A DNA stretch of 64,000 nt from Ilumatobacteraceae bacterium (GTDB taxonomy: Bacteria > Actinomycetota > Acidimicrobiia > Acidimicrobiales > Ilumatobacteraceae). Location: contig JAYRWH010000017.1 of assembly GCA_041918155.1 (NCBI GenBank), positions 12,621 to 76,620 on the forward strand. Direction: 5' to 3'. Made by a program: the position numbers and the translations under genes. This document shows, one piece after another, positions 11,029 through 20,055 of this stretch. The notes beneath the pieces were generated by a model. It saw only the letters and a list, made by a program, of their open reading frames with translations, did no database searches and was not told the DNA's origin. Positions within the stretch are counted from its first letter, which is position 1. The number at the start of each line of letters is the position of its first letter.

Positions 11029-11055
11029 ACCCCCAATCGAACAAGGAGAATCAAC

Positions 11056-11613
11056 ATGACCACCCACTCACACCGATATGGCCTCGCCACTACGGCCCTG
11101 GTGATCGGCCTGCTGGCGGCCGCCTGCGGCAACGACTCGACGGCCACGGCACCGACCAAGCCACCGACCGGCAACGGCACGGCGAACACACCGGCATCTG
11201 CCGCTGAGGGGGACCCGTGCGCCACCGTACCGTCACTGGACACGATCACCGCACAGCTCGGCGAACCCATCACCGGCGTGCGGAAGCTGGAGCGAGGGCC
11301 GGGCACGGACCTGTGCGAGGCCGCCGGCGACGGAGTTGCCAACGCCCAGTTCACGCGGGTGACGCCCAGCTCGCGCGAAGACGTCGTCCGCATCGCCACC
11401 GGGCTCGGATACACCCCGGCCGATCTCGGTGATCCCGCCCTTCCCGGCGCGATCACCTATGCCGGCGCGGTCAGCGTCTTCGTCGACGATGTCGAGTACA
11501 CGGTGCAGGCGATGGCGATGGACACCGCCGGCGACCCGAACTCGTCGATTGCCGCACAGCGATCAGCGGCGCTGCTCGTCCTCTGGCTGCAGAACCTGGG
11601 GGTCACGCTGTGA
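11056..11613 (+). CDS. Putative lipoprotein, unknown function
   Basis: AAGGAG RBS 7 nt upstream. Signal peptide plus lipobox (LLAAACGND). 185 aa. Confidence 0.7.
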   Translation: MTTHSHRYGLATTALVIGLLAAACGNDSTATAPTKPPTGNGTANTPASAAEGDPCATVPSLDTITAQLGEPITGVRKLERGPGTDLCEAAGDGVANAQFTRVTPSSREDVVRIATGLGYTPADLGDPALPGAITYAGAVSVFVDDVEYTVQAMAMDTAGDPNSSIAAQRSAALLVLWLQNLGVTL

Positions 11614-12122
11614 GCACTCGTACGACCTTCCTCGCCCTGGTATCGGTCGCGGCACTGGCCGGCATGGCAGCCACCGGCTGCTCGTCCAGCAGTTCCGGTG
11701 CTTCGGCGCCGTCCACCACCACGGCCGTGTCGACCTCGTCCTCCACGGCGACGACGATGACGACGGTCCCCATGACGGTTGCCACCGTCGCTCCGGCGCC
11801 GCCGGCGCCGGCCACCAGCAAGCCGCGGCCCACGACTCCAGCCCCCACCGGACCGCAGCTCACCAACGTGGCCCTCAGTGGCTACCCGGGAGGTATCACC
11901 TGCACGCCGGGTGATGTGCTCACCATCACGCTCATGTTCACGGCGACGAACGCAGCCGGCGTGCTCATCTGGAGCAGCACCGACGGCACCATCGGCCAGT
12001 TCCCTGCCGAATTCGGCCAGGCGGACGTGCCGTACACGTGCAGCGGCATGCAGACGCTGTTCACCCTCTACCCAGTGGCCGAGGGCGGGGCGCTCGGTAC
12101 CCCGGTGGACCTCAATGTCTAG
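11610..12122 (+). CDS. Putative lipoprotein, paralogue A
   Basis: GTGA start/stop overlap with the previous gene. Lipobox MAATGCSSS, Thr/Ser/Pro-rich linker, and a C-terminal ~85-aa domain ending ...LYPVAEGGALGTPVDLNV. Confidence 0.7.
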   Translation: MSTRTTFLALVSVAALAGMAATGCSSSSSGASAPSTTTAVSTSSSTATTMTTVPMTVATVAPAPPAPATSKPRPTTPAPTGPQLTNVALSGYPGGITCTPGDVLTITLMFTATNAAGVLIWSSTDGTIGQFPAEFGQADVPYTCSGMQTLFTLYPVAEGGALGTPVDLNV

Positions 12123-12684
12123 GACGGTAGGTGGCGCCCGCTGGGCGCTCATGGTCGTGCTGGTGGCCACGACGATGAGCTGTTCCTCCGACCCATTGGG
12201 AACGAGTCCATCATCGGTGGCCGCCAGCACCTCGACAACCGCGAGCACACCGCCGAGCACGACCGGGATCTCGGTGGTCGGCACCCCGACAACACTCGGC
12301 GGTGCACGACCGGGGAGGCCGGGTGGGTCGACCACGACGGTGGGCCCCGTCGTGACGACGGTCGCGCCCACGAGCACGACGCCTGCGCCACCACCGCCCA
12401 CCGTGGCGACGGGGCCACGGATGCTGAACGTCCAGCTCTCCAGCCATCCCAACGGCGGTGCGTGCCCCGTTGTGGGCGTCTTCGTCGCGATCCGGTTCAC
12501 AGTCCAGTCGGCGGACACCTACTTGGTGCTCGTCCGCAATGCAGCCGGCGACTTCCTCGCCAGCCTCCCACCGAACACCTGGTTCACCACACCACACCTG
12601 TGCTCCGACATGCCCGTGCTCTACCGGTTCTACCCTGTCGCCGCCGATGGCACCCTCGGCCCGCCGTGGAACTACAACGTGTGA
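12115..12684 (+). CDS. Putative lipoprotein, paralogue B
   Basis: Met113 of ORF 11779..12684 (MSRTVGGARWALMVVLVATTMSCSSD). 8-nt overlap with paralogue A. The C-terminal domain aligns with paralogue A (..CSDMPVLYRFYPVAADGTLGPPWNYNV vs ..CSGMQTLFTLYPVAEGGALGTPVDLNV). Confidence 0.65.
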   Translation: MSRTVGGARWALMVVLVATTMSCSSDPLGTSPSSVAASTSTTASTPPSTTGISVVGTPTTLGGARPGRPGGSTTTVGPVVTTVAPTSTTPAPPPPTVATGPRMLNVQLSSHPNGGACPVVGVFVAIRFTVQSADTYLVLVRNAAGDFLASLPPNTWFTTPHLCSDMPVLYRFYPVAADGTLGPPWNYNV

Positions 12685-12732
12685 CACTTCGCGCGGCAGT
12701 GGGGGACCGAATACCGCGGTAGTTTGCGCTGA

Positions 12733-13206
12733 ATGGAACTGATCGATCTCGTCCCCAACTCGATGTCGTTCCGCGTCATCACGACGCTCGACATCCGCGA
12801 CGAAGCCGAGATCCCCTCCAACTTCACCGGGCGGGTGCGCTACCACGAGAAGAACGCGATCACCTACGTCGCCTGGTACAAGGACGGCGAGTTGCACAAC
12901 CCGGGCCGCAACTACCCCGCCTATCGCCGCTTCCGCGGCGACGGCCGCCTGAAGTACGAGCTGTTCTACACCCACGGGTTGCTGCACGACCCGGGCGCCA
13001 ACACCGCCGCTGTCCGCGGCTACTTCGCCGACGGGCGGGTGCACTACGAGGAGCGTTATTGGGCGGGCAAGCGCCGCGACGGCAAGGACGGCACGCCGGC
13101 CATTCGCAAGTGGCGCCAAGACGGCACCCTGCGCCACGAACTGCACTACCGCGACGGCCGCCGCCTACGCGACGACGAAGTGTCGATGGTGCGCCGCACC
13201 CGCTGA
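12733..13206 (+). CDS. MORN-repeat (YwqK-like) protein
   Basis: Repeated units of the form Y..G.LH.....PA...F..DGRL.YE.Y (WYKDGELHNPG, RGDGRLKYELFYTHGLLHDPG, FADGRVHYEERYWAG, RQDGTLRHELHYRDG). Confidence 0.7.
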   Translation: MELIDLVPNSMSFRVITTLDIRDEAEIPSNFTGRVRYHEKNAITYVAWYKDGELHNPGRNYPAYRRFRGDGRLKYELFYTHGLLHDPGANTAAVRGYFADGRVHYEERYWAGKRRDGKDGTPAIRKWRQDGTLRHELHYRDGRRLRDDEVSMVRRTR

Positions 13207-13207
13207 G

Positions 13208-14191
13208 TCAGGCGGCGTACCTTCCCAGGGCGAACAGGATGATGTCGTCGTCCATGTCGTAGAAGTCGAACTTCGGCCACACATGGGGCACACCCTCGAG
13301 TTGCACGAGGCGCACGACGGTGCCGTTCGCGCAGCCGGCCCAGGTGGTGGTGGTGCGCTGGCCCTCGGTCTCCACGACGGGTTCGTTCGGGCACGAGGTC
13401 ACGTTCGTGAGCCACATGTTCGCAGTTCGTGCGGCCTGGGCGGAGCCGAGCCGGGTGTCGAGGCTGCCGCCGAACACGAGCAGCGACTGGGCGGCCGGGT
13501 GGCACGGCACGCCCGCCCAGCCGGCCACCACGACCGCGCCGGTGAACAACTCGGGCAGGCGGCACGCCACGGTCACGGCCATCCCGCCGCCGTTGGAGAC
13601 GCCGATCGACAGCACCGTGGTGGAGGTCAGCCCGGCCGCCCGCGCGGCAGCGACGGCGGCCCGGACATAGGGGAGGTCGTCGATCCCGCGATCGCTGGCG
13701 GGCTCGCAGCAGCCGCTGTTGACCCGCCAGGAACGGGTGGGCACGGGAGCCCCCGAGAGCCACATGATGTTCATGCCGGCGGCGGCTCCGATGTCGTCGA
13801 GATCGGAGCGGCTCTGCATGTTCTGGATGCAGCCGTGCTGGCCGTGGAAGACCACGAGCAGCGGCGCCGCCGGATCGGCCGTGCGCTGTAGCACCGTCGG
13901 CCGGTTCTCGAAGCCGGGCAGCAGGATCGGGTCGCCGATGATCGGCACATCGCGCGCCTTGGGGCACAGCACGGTCTCGGCGTCGGGGATCGGGCCGACA
14001 TGGTGACCGGGCAGGGCCTGCAGTGCGAGCTCGGTCGTCGTCGCCGCGATCGAGACGGTGGTGGTGGGGGCGGTCGAGGTCGTCGGCGGGGCGGCGGTGG
14101 GGACGATGCTCTCCGGCGCCACCGAGTCGGCCCCGGCGCAGCCGACGAGCGCGGCCGCGGCGACCAGCGCGAACAGACCACGGCGCGGCAT
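13208..14191 (-). CDS. Secreted alpha/beta-hydrolase, PHB-depolymerase/LpqC-like esterase lipoprotein
   Basis: Lipobox LVGCAG, VVFHGQHGC and nucleophile elbow GVSNGGGM. Confidence 0.75.
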   Translation of the reverse strand: MPRRGLFALVAAAALVGCAGADSVAPESIVPTAAPPTTSTAPTTTVSIAATTTELALQALPGHHVGPIPDAETVLCPKARDVPIIGDPILLPGFENRPTVLQRTADPAAPLLVVFHGQHGCIQNMQSRSDLDDIGAAAGMNIMWLSGAPVPTRSWRVNSGCCEPASDRGIDDLPYVRAAVAAARAAGLTSTTVLSIGVSNGGGMAVTVACRLPELFTGAVVVAGWAGVPCHPAAQSLLVFGGSLDTRLGSAQAARTANMWLTNVTSCPNEPVVETEGQRTTTTWAGCANGTVVRLVQLEGVPHVWPKFDFYDMDDDIILFALGRYAA

Positions 14192-14252
14192 CGCCTCAGC
14201 CTACGCCCGCTTGACGCCACGTGAGCCGCACAGCAGACTCGCATCGATCTCG

Positions 14253-16007
14253 ATGCAGAACCCCCGCGACCTCCTCCGCCGGGCCGCGTCCCGCGAGTGG
14301 TGGTGGGTGGCGTTCCCGGTGCTCGTGCTGGCCCTCGGCGCCTACCAGCACCGCTGGCTGACCGACGACGGGTTCATCAACCTGCGCATCGTCCGCCAGA
14401 TCGAGGCCGGCCACGGGCCGGTGTTCAACGTCGGCGAGCGCGTGGAGGCGGGCACGTCGATCCTGTGGCTGGTGTGGCTGACCGTTGCCGATGTGCTGCT
14501 GCCGTTCCGGCTGGAGTACATCGCCGCCTACTCGGGCATCGTGCTGACACTCGTGGGCATGGCCGCGATCGCCGCCGCCGCGATGCGCATCACCCGGCGC
14601 GCCAACGCTGATGGCGTGGTGGTGCCCGTCGGGGCGCTGGCGCTGGCGGTGATCGCGGCGATGTGGGATTTCGCCAGCTCCGGCCTGGAGACCGGCCTGC
14701 AGTTCGCCTGGCTCGGCGGGTGCGTGTGCCTGCTCGCCCGACCGCGACCCGCTGGGCGCTGGAAGCGCTTGACGGTGGCCGGCGTGGTGGGCCTCGGGCC
14801 GCTGATCCGCCCCGACCTCGCGCTGTTCTCGATCGCGTTCGTGATCGTGTTCGTCGGGCCGCGGCCGTACCGGTGGCGCTCACTGGTGGCGACGATCGGC
14901 GCCGCGCTCGCGCTGCCGGCCGCGTACCAGCTGTTCCGCATGGGCTTCTTCGCCACCCTCGTGCCGAACACGGCGCTGGCCAAGAACGCGTCCGGCCTGC
15001 GCCTCGGCCAGGGCCTGCGCTACCTGCGCGAGGCGATGCACAGCTATCAGCTGTGGCCAGTCCTGCTCGGGGCGATCGCCACGGCCGTGTGGCTCGTCGT
15101 GCGCCCCTTGCGCGCCGCGGGCGACCGCCCCGCGTTGCGCCTGCTGTGCGGCGCCGGTGGCGCGGCGGCCCTACACCTCGCCTACATCGTCGCCATCGGT
15201 GGCGACTACATGCACGCCCGCCTGCTGCTGCCCTCCGGGTTCGTGCTGCTCGGGCTGGTCGCGGTGCCGTTCGTGCTACCGCCGGAACGCTTGGTGGCCC
15301 GCCGCGTCGCCCAGCTCGGCGCGGCGGCGTTCACCGTGTGGGCGGTGACGTGTTGCCTGTTCCTGCGCTCCGAGCCGGGCAGCCTCGCCGGCATCATCAA
15401 CGAGCACGACTTCTACGCGGGCGAAGCGCCCATCGACCACCCGATCACGATCGACGACTACCGCTCCGACAACGGCGGCCTCGTCGCCACCGTGATCGAG
15501 GCCGGCGGCGCGGCTCGCGACGCTCACGCCGACGGTCAGGTCGGCCTGCTCGTTTTCGGTAGCCCGGTGGGCAGTGAAACGCCCGTGCCGCCCTACCCGG
15601 CCACGGTGTACCTGGTGTGGCCAGTGGTGGGCATGGCTGGTTACGAGGCCGGCACCGACGTGTTCGTGATCGACCAACTCGGCCTCGGCGACCCGATCGT
15701 CAGCCGCCTCGACGTGCCCTTCCACGGCCGACCCGGACACGAGAAGGAAGCCCCCGGCTGGGCGGTGCTGCACGTCTTCCCCGGTGCCGACCAGCAGATC
15801 ACCGTGCGCGGCGCCGACGGCGAGATGCACGCGCTCGACCGCGACGCCGCGCTACGCCTGCTCGACTGCCCGGCGACGCGCCGCCTGCTCCACGACATCA
15901 CCGCGCCGCTCACCGTGCGCCGCTTCGTCGGCAACATCGTGCACTCCGTGCCGAACACGCTCCTGCGCCTGCCCTACACGCCCGACGCGACGGCCCCCTG
16001 CCCCTGA
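14253..16007 (+). CDS. GT-C-fold integral-membrane glycosyltransferase (arabinosyl/mannosyl-transferase-like)
   Basis: Met66 of ORF 14058..16007; the upstream part overlaps the esterase gene. More than 10 TM segments, DD motif in the first loop (WLTDDGFINLRIVRQIEAG), and a soluble C-terminal domain. Confidence 0.7.
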   Translation: MQNPRDLLRRAASREWWWVAFPVLVLALGAYQHRWLTDDGFINLRIVRQIEAGHGPVFNVGERVEAGTSILWLVWLTVADVLLPFRLEYIAAYSGIVLTLVGMAAIAAAAMRITRRANADGVVVPVGALALAVIAAMWDFASSGLETGLQFAWLGGCVCLLARPRPAGRWKRLTVAGVVGLGPLIRPDLALFSIAFVIVFVGPRPYRWRSLVATIGAALALPAAYQLFRMGFFATLVPNTALAKNASGLRLGQGLRYLREAMHSYQLWPVLLGAIATAVWLVVRPLRAAGDRPALRLLCGAGGAAALHLAYIVAIGGDYMHARLLLPSGFVLLGLVAVPFVLPPERLVARRVAQLGAAAFTVWAVTCCLFLRSEPGSLAGIINEHDFYAGEAPIDHPITIDDYRSDNGGLVATVIEAGGAARDAHADGQVGLLVFGSPVGSETPVPPYPATVYLVWPVVGMAGYEAGTDVFVIDQLGLGDPIVSRLDVPFHGRPGHEKEAPGWAVLHVFPGADQQITVRGADGEMHALDRDAALRLLDCPATRRLLHDITAPLTVRRFVGNIVHSVPNTLLRLPYTPDATAPCP

Positions 16008-16026
16008 GGGCGAGCACCGTGTGTAG

Positions 16027-16119
16027 CGGAGGTGGACGGGAATCGAACCCGCCGGACGAGGATCGCTCGTCCCAACCGCTTTGAAGGCGGCGGAGTCCAC
16101 CAGGTACCCGGACACCTCC
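16027..16119 (-). tRNA. selC: tRNA with UCA anticodon and long variable arm, read as tRNA-Sec
   Basis: Reverse complement: GGAGGTG...GCCGC-CTTCAAA-GCGGT (7-nt loop, anticodon TCA). Variable arm TGGGACGAG-CGATC-CTCGTCCGG (7-bp stem). T arm GCGGG-TTCGATT-CCCGT, then 8 nt CCACCTCC pairing with the 5' end, discriminator G, no encoded CCA. 93 nt long; the overall layout parallels E. coli selC. I could not fold the D-arm cleanly by eye. Confidence 0.6.
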
Positions 16120-16183
16120 GGCGGTGAGGGTAACCGCCAGCGATACCCGCCAGCCATTGTAACGCGATTGCAACAACGGTAAC

Positions 16184-17467
16184 GTGATGGGAATGCGCCG
16201 CCTCGTCGTCATCGCGATGGTCTCCGCCGGGTTGCTGTGTCCAGCACTTCCCGGCGCCATCGCGCGCGCCGACGGCACTGCCGCCGAGCAGAACGCGAAG
16301 GCGATCGCCGACGCCCAGGACGAAGTCACCACGGCGGCCCAGGCGATCGCCGACGCCGGCGAGAAGCTGGAGATGATCAACGGCGACCTCGGCACGTTGC
16401 AGACCGAGATCGCCGCCCTGGAATCCACCACGAGCGCGCTGCGCGCGCAGATGGAGGAGATGGCCGTCCGCCAGTTCACCGGAGCCACCAAAAGCAACTC
16501 GCCCCTGCTGTCGTCGTGGGGCACCCCCGAGCAGCAGATGCAGGTCGACGCGTTCACCAGCGTGATTGTCAACAACGCGGACGAGGCGTTCGACACCTTC
16601 GACTCGACGAGCCGTGACCTGGCGTCCAAGCACAAGTCGCTCGAGCGCATGCAGCAGCAGATCCAGCGCCAGACGGTGGATCTCGCCGCCCTGCAGAAGC
16701 GGGCCGAAGAGAAGGTGGTGCATCTCAAGCAGGTCGAGAAGCAGCGTCTCAAGGACGAAGCAACGCGCCGCGCGTTGGAGCGGGAACAGGCCCGCCGCGC
16801 CAAGAAGGCAGCAGCGCAGGCGGCCGCATCCGTCGGTTCGCAGCCGACCCGGGCCTCATCGGCCGCACCGTCGTCAGCGGGCGGTCACGCCGCCGGCACG
16901 GCAAGCGGCGGCCAGGCCAACGTCAGCGTGGGCAACACCAAGCTCTACGGCACCTATGTGCAAGGTGGCGACGCCGCGCAGGGAGTCCAGCTCGGCAATG
17001 GCATCGGCTACCCCAACCTCCCGTTCGGTTCCCCCGGCTTCCCCACCACATCTGGGGTCGACTGGAGCGGCACCGACTGGGTGTGCCCCACCGGCCGGGC
17101 CAAGACGGGTTTCGGCCACAGCTTCATCCCCAAGACTCCCGGCGCGACTCGCTATCACAACGGCATCGATATGTCGGCCCGCCTCGGAACACCGCTGCTG
17201 GCGGTCGAGGACGGCGTGGCGATGCCGAAGATCATGCCGCTGACCGGCGGGATGACCGTCTTCCTCGTCACCTCCAGCGGCACGATGTACTACTACGCCC
17301 ACCTCGAGGTGTGGGGCCAGATGGGGCGGGTGAAAAAGGGGACCGTCATCGGCTATGCCGGGAGCACCGGCCGCGCGAGCGGCCCGCACCTCCACTTCGA
17401 ATATCACCCGCACGGCATCGGCACCGACGCGGTCGACCCGTACGACCTCCTCCGAGCCCACTGCTGA
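16184..17467 (+). CDS. Secreted M23-family peptidoglycan metalloendopeptidase with N-terminal coiled coil
   Basis: Signal peptide, heptad-rich coiled-coil region, and an M23 core with HNGIDM...GSTGRASGPHLHFEYH. Confidence 0.88.
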   Translation: MMGMRRLVVIAMVSAGLLCPALPGAIARADGTAAEQNAKAIADAQDEVTTAAQAIADAGEKLEMINGDLGTLQTEIAALESTTSALRAQMEEMAVRQFTGATKSNSPLLSSWGTPEQQMQVDAFTSVIVNNADEAFDTFDSTSRDLASKHKSLERMQQQIQRQTVDLAALQKRAEEKVVHLKQVEKQRLKDEATRRALEREQARRAKKAAAQAAASVGSQPTRASSAAPSSAGGHAAGTASGGQANVSVGNTKLYGTYVQGGDAAQGVQLGNGIGYPNLPFGSPGFPTTSGVDWSGTDWVCPTGRAKTGFGHSFIPKTPGATRYHNGIDMSARLGTPLLAVEDGVAMPKIMPLTGGMTVFLVTSSGTMYYYAHLEVWGQMGRVKKGTVIGYAGSTGRASGPHLHFEYHPHGIGTDAVDPYDLLRAHC

Positions 17468-17503
17468 TCCGTCCCCCGATATCGTGACCCGGCCCGCGCT
17501 TGG

Positions 17504-18904
17504 GTGGGCCGAAGGGAAATGGATCACCTGATGGGCGAGCTGGCCGACACCAAGACGGCGCCACGCAAGAGCGCGCAGTGGAAGTCGGTGGTGTCGTGGG
17601 TGGTCGCCACCACCTTGTTCGTGCTCGTCATCGCCGTGCTGCATGCCACCACCGGGTTCGGTGGCCTCGCCACGGGCGTCGGCGCCGCGCTCCTCGCCAT
17701 GTGGTTCTTCGCGCTCCACAAGAATCGCGGCCGTCGCCGCCAGTTGTGGGCCGCCGTGTGGGCCTTCTCCGCGGTCACCCTCGTGTGGGACGGCATCACC
17801 TTCGTCGACTATGTCACCACCTACAACGGCGACTCCACGACCCAGAAGATGTCCACCTGGGGCCGCGACCACGGGTTGAGCCCGATCATCGACTACCTCG
17901 AGAAGGAGGCCTATTCCAAGCCCCCCTCGACCAAGCCCGCGGACGAACTGAGCCTCGGGCTGCCCAGCACCACCAGCACCACTACCCCGGCCACCGACTC
18001 CACCACGACCGACCCCAACGCCGAGACCACCACCACCCTGCCCCAGCCGGAACCGCCCGCGCCGCTGGCCACCTATATCCAGCCCGCGCTCGCGGGTGAG
18101 GGCCAGTGGGTACCGATCGCGAAGGTGGCCGGCGTCGACGCCGTCTGGGTCACCAGCCTGCGCCCCCTGGCCAAGTACGGCTCGGTCGTGGCCACCGTCG
18201 TGGTCCTCGACCCGACCAACATGCGCATCGGCATGTTCAACGGCCGCGAGCTTCCCGGCGGCAATTGGGTCCGCGACGATCATGTGCCCGAAACGATTCA
18301 GCCTGCCCTCGTCGCCGCGATGAACGGTGCCTTCCGGCTCGAGCACCTCTACGGCGGCTACATGACCGAGGGCAAGGTGGTGAAGCCGCTGGAGAACCGC
18401 ATGGGCACGATCGGCATCACCCGCGACGGCAAGCTGGTGCTCGGTGAACTCGGCCGCGACATGATGGACGACGGCAGCTGGCAGTCACTGCGCCAGAACG
18501 GCCTGCTGATGGTCGATGGTGGCCTGTCGCAGGTCGACCGGGCCCGCGCGGAGCGCGTGTCGTGGGGCGCGGCGGGCACCGGCGACCTGTTCGTCAACCG
18601 CAGCGCGGTGTGCACGATGACCAACGGCCGGATCGCGTACGTGATGGCCGGCATGGTCGATCCCACCCAGATGGCCCAGGTGCTCATCGAGGCCGGTTGC
18701 GACAAGGCGGTGCAGCTTGACATCAACAACCAGTGGCCGAACTTCATGGTCTTCACCCACGCCGCCGACGGCACGATCAACGGCTTCACGGTCGACCGAC
18801 GGATGCGCAACGACCCCGGCCGCTACCTGAAGGTGTCGAGCAAGGAGTTCTTCGCCTACTTCGACAGCACACTGCTACCTGCGACGAGCGAACTCGACGC
18901 CTGA
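17504..18904 (+). CDS. Membrane-anchored phosphodiester glycosidase (DUF2233/NAGPA-like) family protein
   Basis: N-terminal TM segments, Thr-rich linker, and C-terminal MNGAF...NRSAVCTMTNGRIAYVMAG.VDPTQMAQVLIEAGCDKAVQLDIN, resembling the NAGPA-domain pattern. The start is uncertain (in-frame ATGs at 17519 and 17531). Confidence 0.55.
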   Translation: MGRREMDHLMGELADTKTAPRKSAQWKSVVSWVVATTLFVLVIAVLHATTGFGGLATGVGAALLAMWFFALHKNRGRRRQLWAAVWAFSAVTLVWDGITFVDYVTTYNGDSTTQKMSTWGRDHGLSPIIDYLEKEAYSKPPSTKPADELSLGLPSTTSTTTPATDSTTTDPNAETTTTLPQPEPPAPLATYIQPALAGEGQWVPIAKVAGVDAVWVTSLRPLAKYGSVVATVVVLDPTNMRIGMFNGRELPGGNWVRDDHVPETIQPALVAAMNGAFRLEHLYGGYMTEGKVVKPLENRMGTIGITRDGKLVLGELGRDMMDDGSWQSLRQNGLLMVDGGLSQVDRARAERVSWGAAGTGDLFVNRSAVCTMTNGRIAYVMAGMVDPTQMAQVLIEAGCDKAVQLDINNQWPNFMVFTHAADGTINGFTVDRRMRNDPGRYLKVSSKEFFAYFDSTLLPATSELDA

Positions 18905-18934
18905 GGCGACCCTGGGTTGGGTACAGTCAGGCCC

Positions 18935-19009
18935 ATGAAGCGACTCATCCTGATCCTGCTGGTGGTCGGCCTCGTCATCGTGGTCGTCAAGAAGGTGCAG
19001 TCAGCCTGA
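18935..19009 (+). CDS. Candidate 24-aa hydrophobic micro-protein
   Basis: ATG...TGA encoding MKRLILILLVVGLVIVVVKKVQSA, a single TM-like helix flanked by basic residues, in an otherwise unassigned 130-nt gap. Not in the ORF track because it is too short. Confidence 0.25.
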   Translation: MKRLILILLVVGLVIVVVKKVQSA

Positions 19010-19035
19010 GCCTCCACCTTTTCTGCTCCGACGAC

Positions 19036-19962
19036 ATGTTCGCGGAGTTCGGCGAAGGATGGCTCGAGCTGGCGCCCGGGCTCGTGCACGTCGGCCTGCC
19101 TGCAGGCCGACGGCTCGAACCGGATGAGATCGAACGGATCGACATCGCGGCCTTCAGCGCCGACATGTGGCAATCGGGACACAGCGCGGCGTTCTTCGCC
19201 GTCGTGCTGAAGGCGCCCAACCTGAGCTGGCTGCACATGTTCTCGGCGGGCACCGACATTCCGGTGCTCGGTGAGTTACGGGCCAAGGGTGTGCGCGTCA
19301 CCAACTCGGCGGGTGCAGCGGCCCGCCCGATCGCCCATTCGGTGATCATGCAGGTGCTCGCCCTGTGTCGCGGTGCTCGGCCGTGGGCGCTCGACCAGGC
19401 GGCCAAGCGCTGGCAGCCGCGGCACCACCCCGATGTGGAAGGGCGCACGATGGCGATCATCGGCCTCGGCGCGATCGGCGGTGAGGTGGCGCGCATCGCC
19501 CCCGCGTTCGGGATCCGCCCGATCGGTGTGCGGCGCACGCCACAGGGTGACGAGCCGTGCGACACGTGGCCCGTATCGCGCCTGCACGAACTGCTGCCCC
19601 TGGTGGACGACCTCGTGCTGACGGCTCCGCTGAACGACGATTCGCGTGGCCTCATCGGGGCCGCCGAGTTGGCCCTGCTGCGCCCCGGCGCACATGTGGT
19701 GAACGTCGGGCGCGGCGCGGTGATCGATGAGGCCGCACTCGTGGCCGCCCTGCAATCCGGCCAGGTGGGCGGCGCGGCGCTCGACGTGTTCGAGGTCGAG
19801 CCGTTGCCCGCCGACAGCCCGCTGTGGGAGATGGACAACGTCATCGTCACCCCGCACAGTTCGGGCAACACCGACCGCGCCGTCGAGCGCGTCATCGAGA
19901 TCTTCTCCGACAACCTCGGTCGCTACGCCGCCGGCGAGCCCCTGCGCAACGAGATCGACTGA
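19036..19962 (+). CDS. D-isomer-specific 2-hydroxyacid dehydrogenase family protein
   Basis: NAD-binding IIGLGAIGGEVAR plus catalytic-region motifs NVGRGAVIDE and VTPHSSG. First ATG taken as the start. The in-frame SLHLFCSDD just upstream looks like beta-strand 1, so the true start may be the CTG at 19006. Confidence 0.8.
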   Translation: MFAEFGEGWLELAPGLVHVGLPAGRRLEPDEIERIDIAAFSADMWQSGHSAAFFAVVLKAPNLSWLHMFSAGTDIPVLGELRAKGVRVTNSAGAAARPIAHSVIMQVLALCRGARPWALDQAAKRWQPRHHPDVEGRTMAIIGLGAIGGEVARIAPAFGIRPIGVRRTPQGDEPCDTWPVSRLHELLPLVDDLVLTAPLNDDSRGLIGAAELALLRPGAHVVNVGRGAVIDEAALVAALQSGQVGGAALDVFEVEPLPADSPLWEMDNVIVTPHSSGNTDRAVERVIEIFSDNLGRYAAGEPLRNEID

Positions 19963-20055
19963 CAGCTCGGCCGCCGGGTTGGCGGCCGGTTGGTGAGTCG
20001 ATATGTTCAGCAACGACTTCCCCCAGTCGTAGTTCCCTCTCCTGGGGGTGGGGTC

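Noticed and set aside
14058-14252. 65-codon N-terminal extension of the GT-C gene
   Set aside because: It overlaps the 5' end of the divergent esterase gene and encodes Ala/Gly/Val filler. The membrane protein starts plausibly at MQNPRDLLRR.
16027-16119. Alternative readings of the class-II tRNA as tRNA-Leu(CAA) or tRNA-Ser
   Set aside because: Shifting the 7-nt loop to put CAA or another triplet at positions 34-36 destroys the anticodon stem. Only GCCGC/GCGGU with loop CUUCAAA pairs, which gives UCA.
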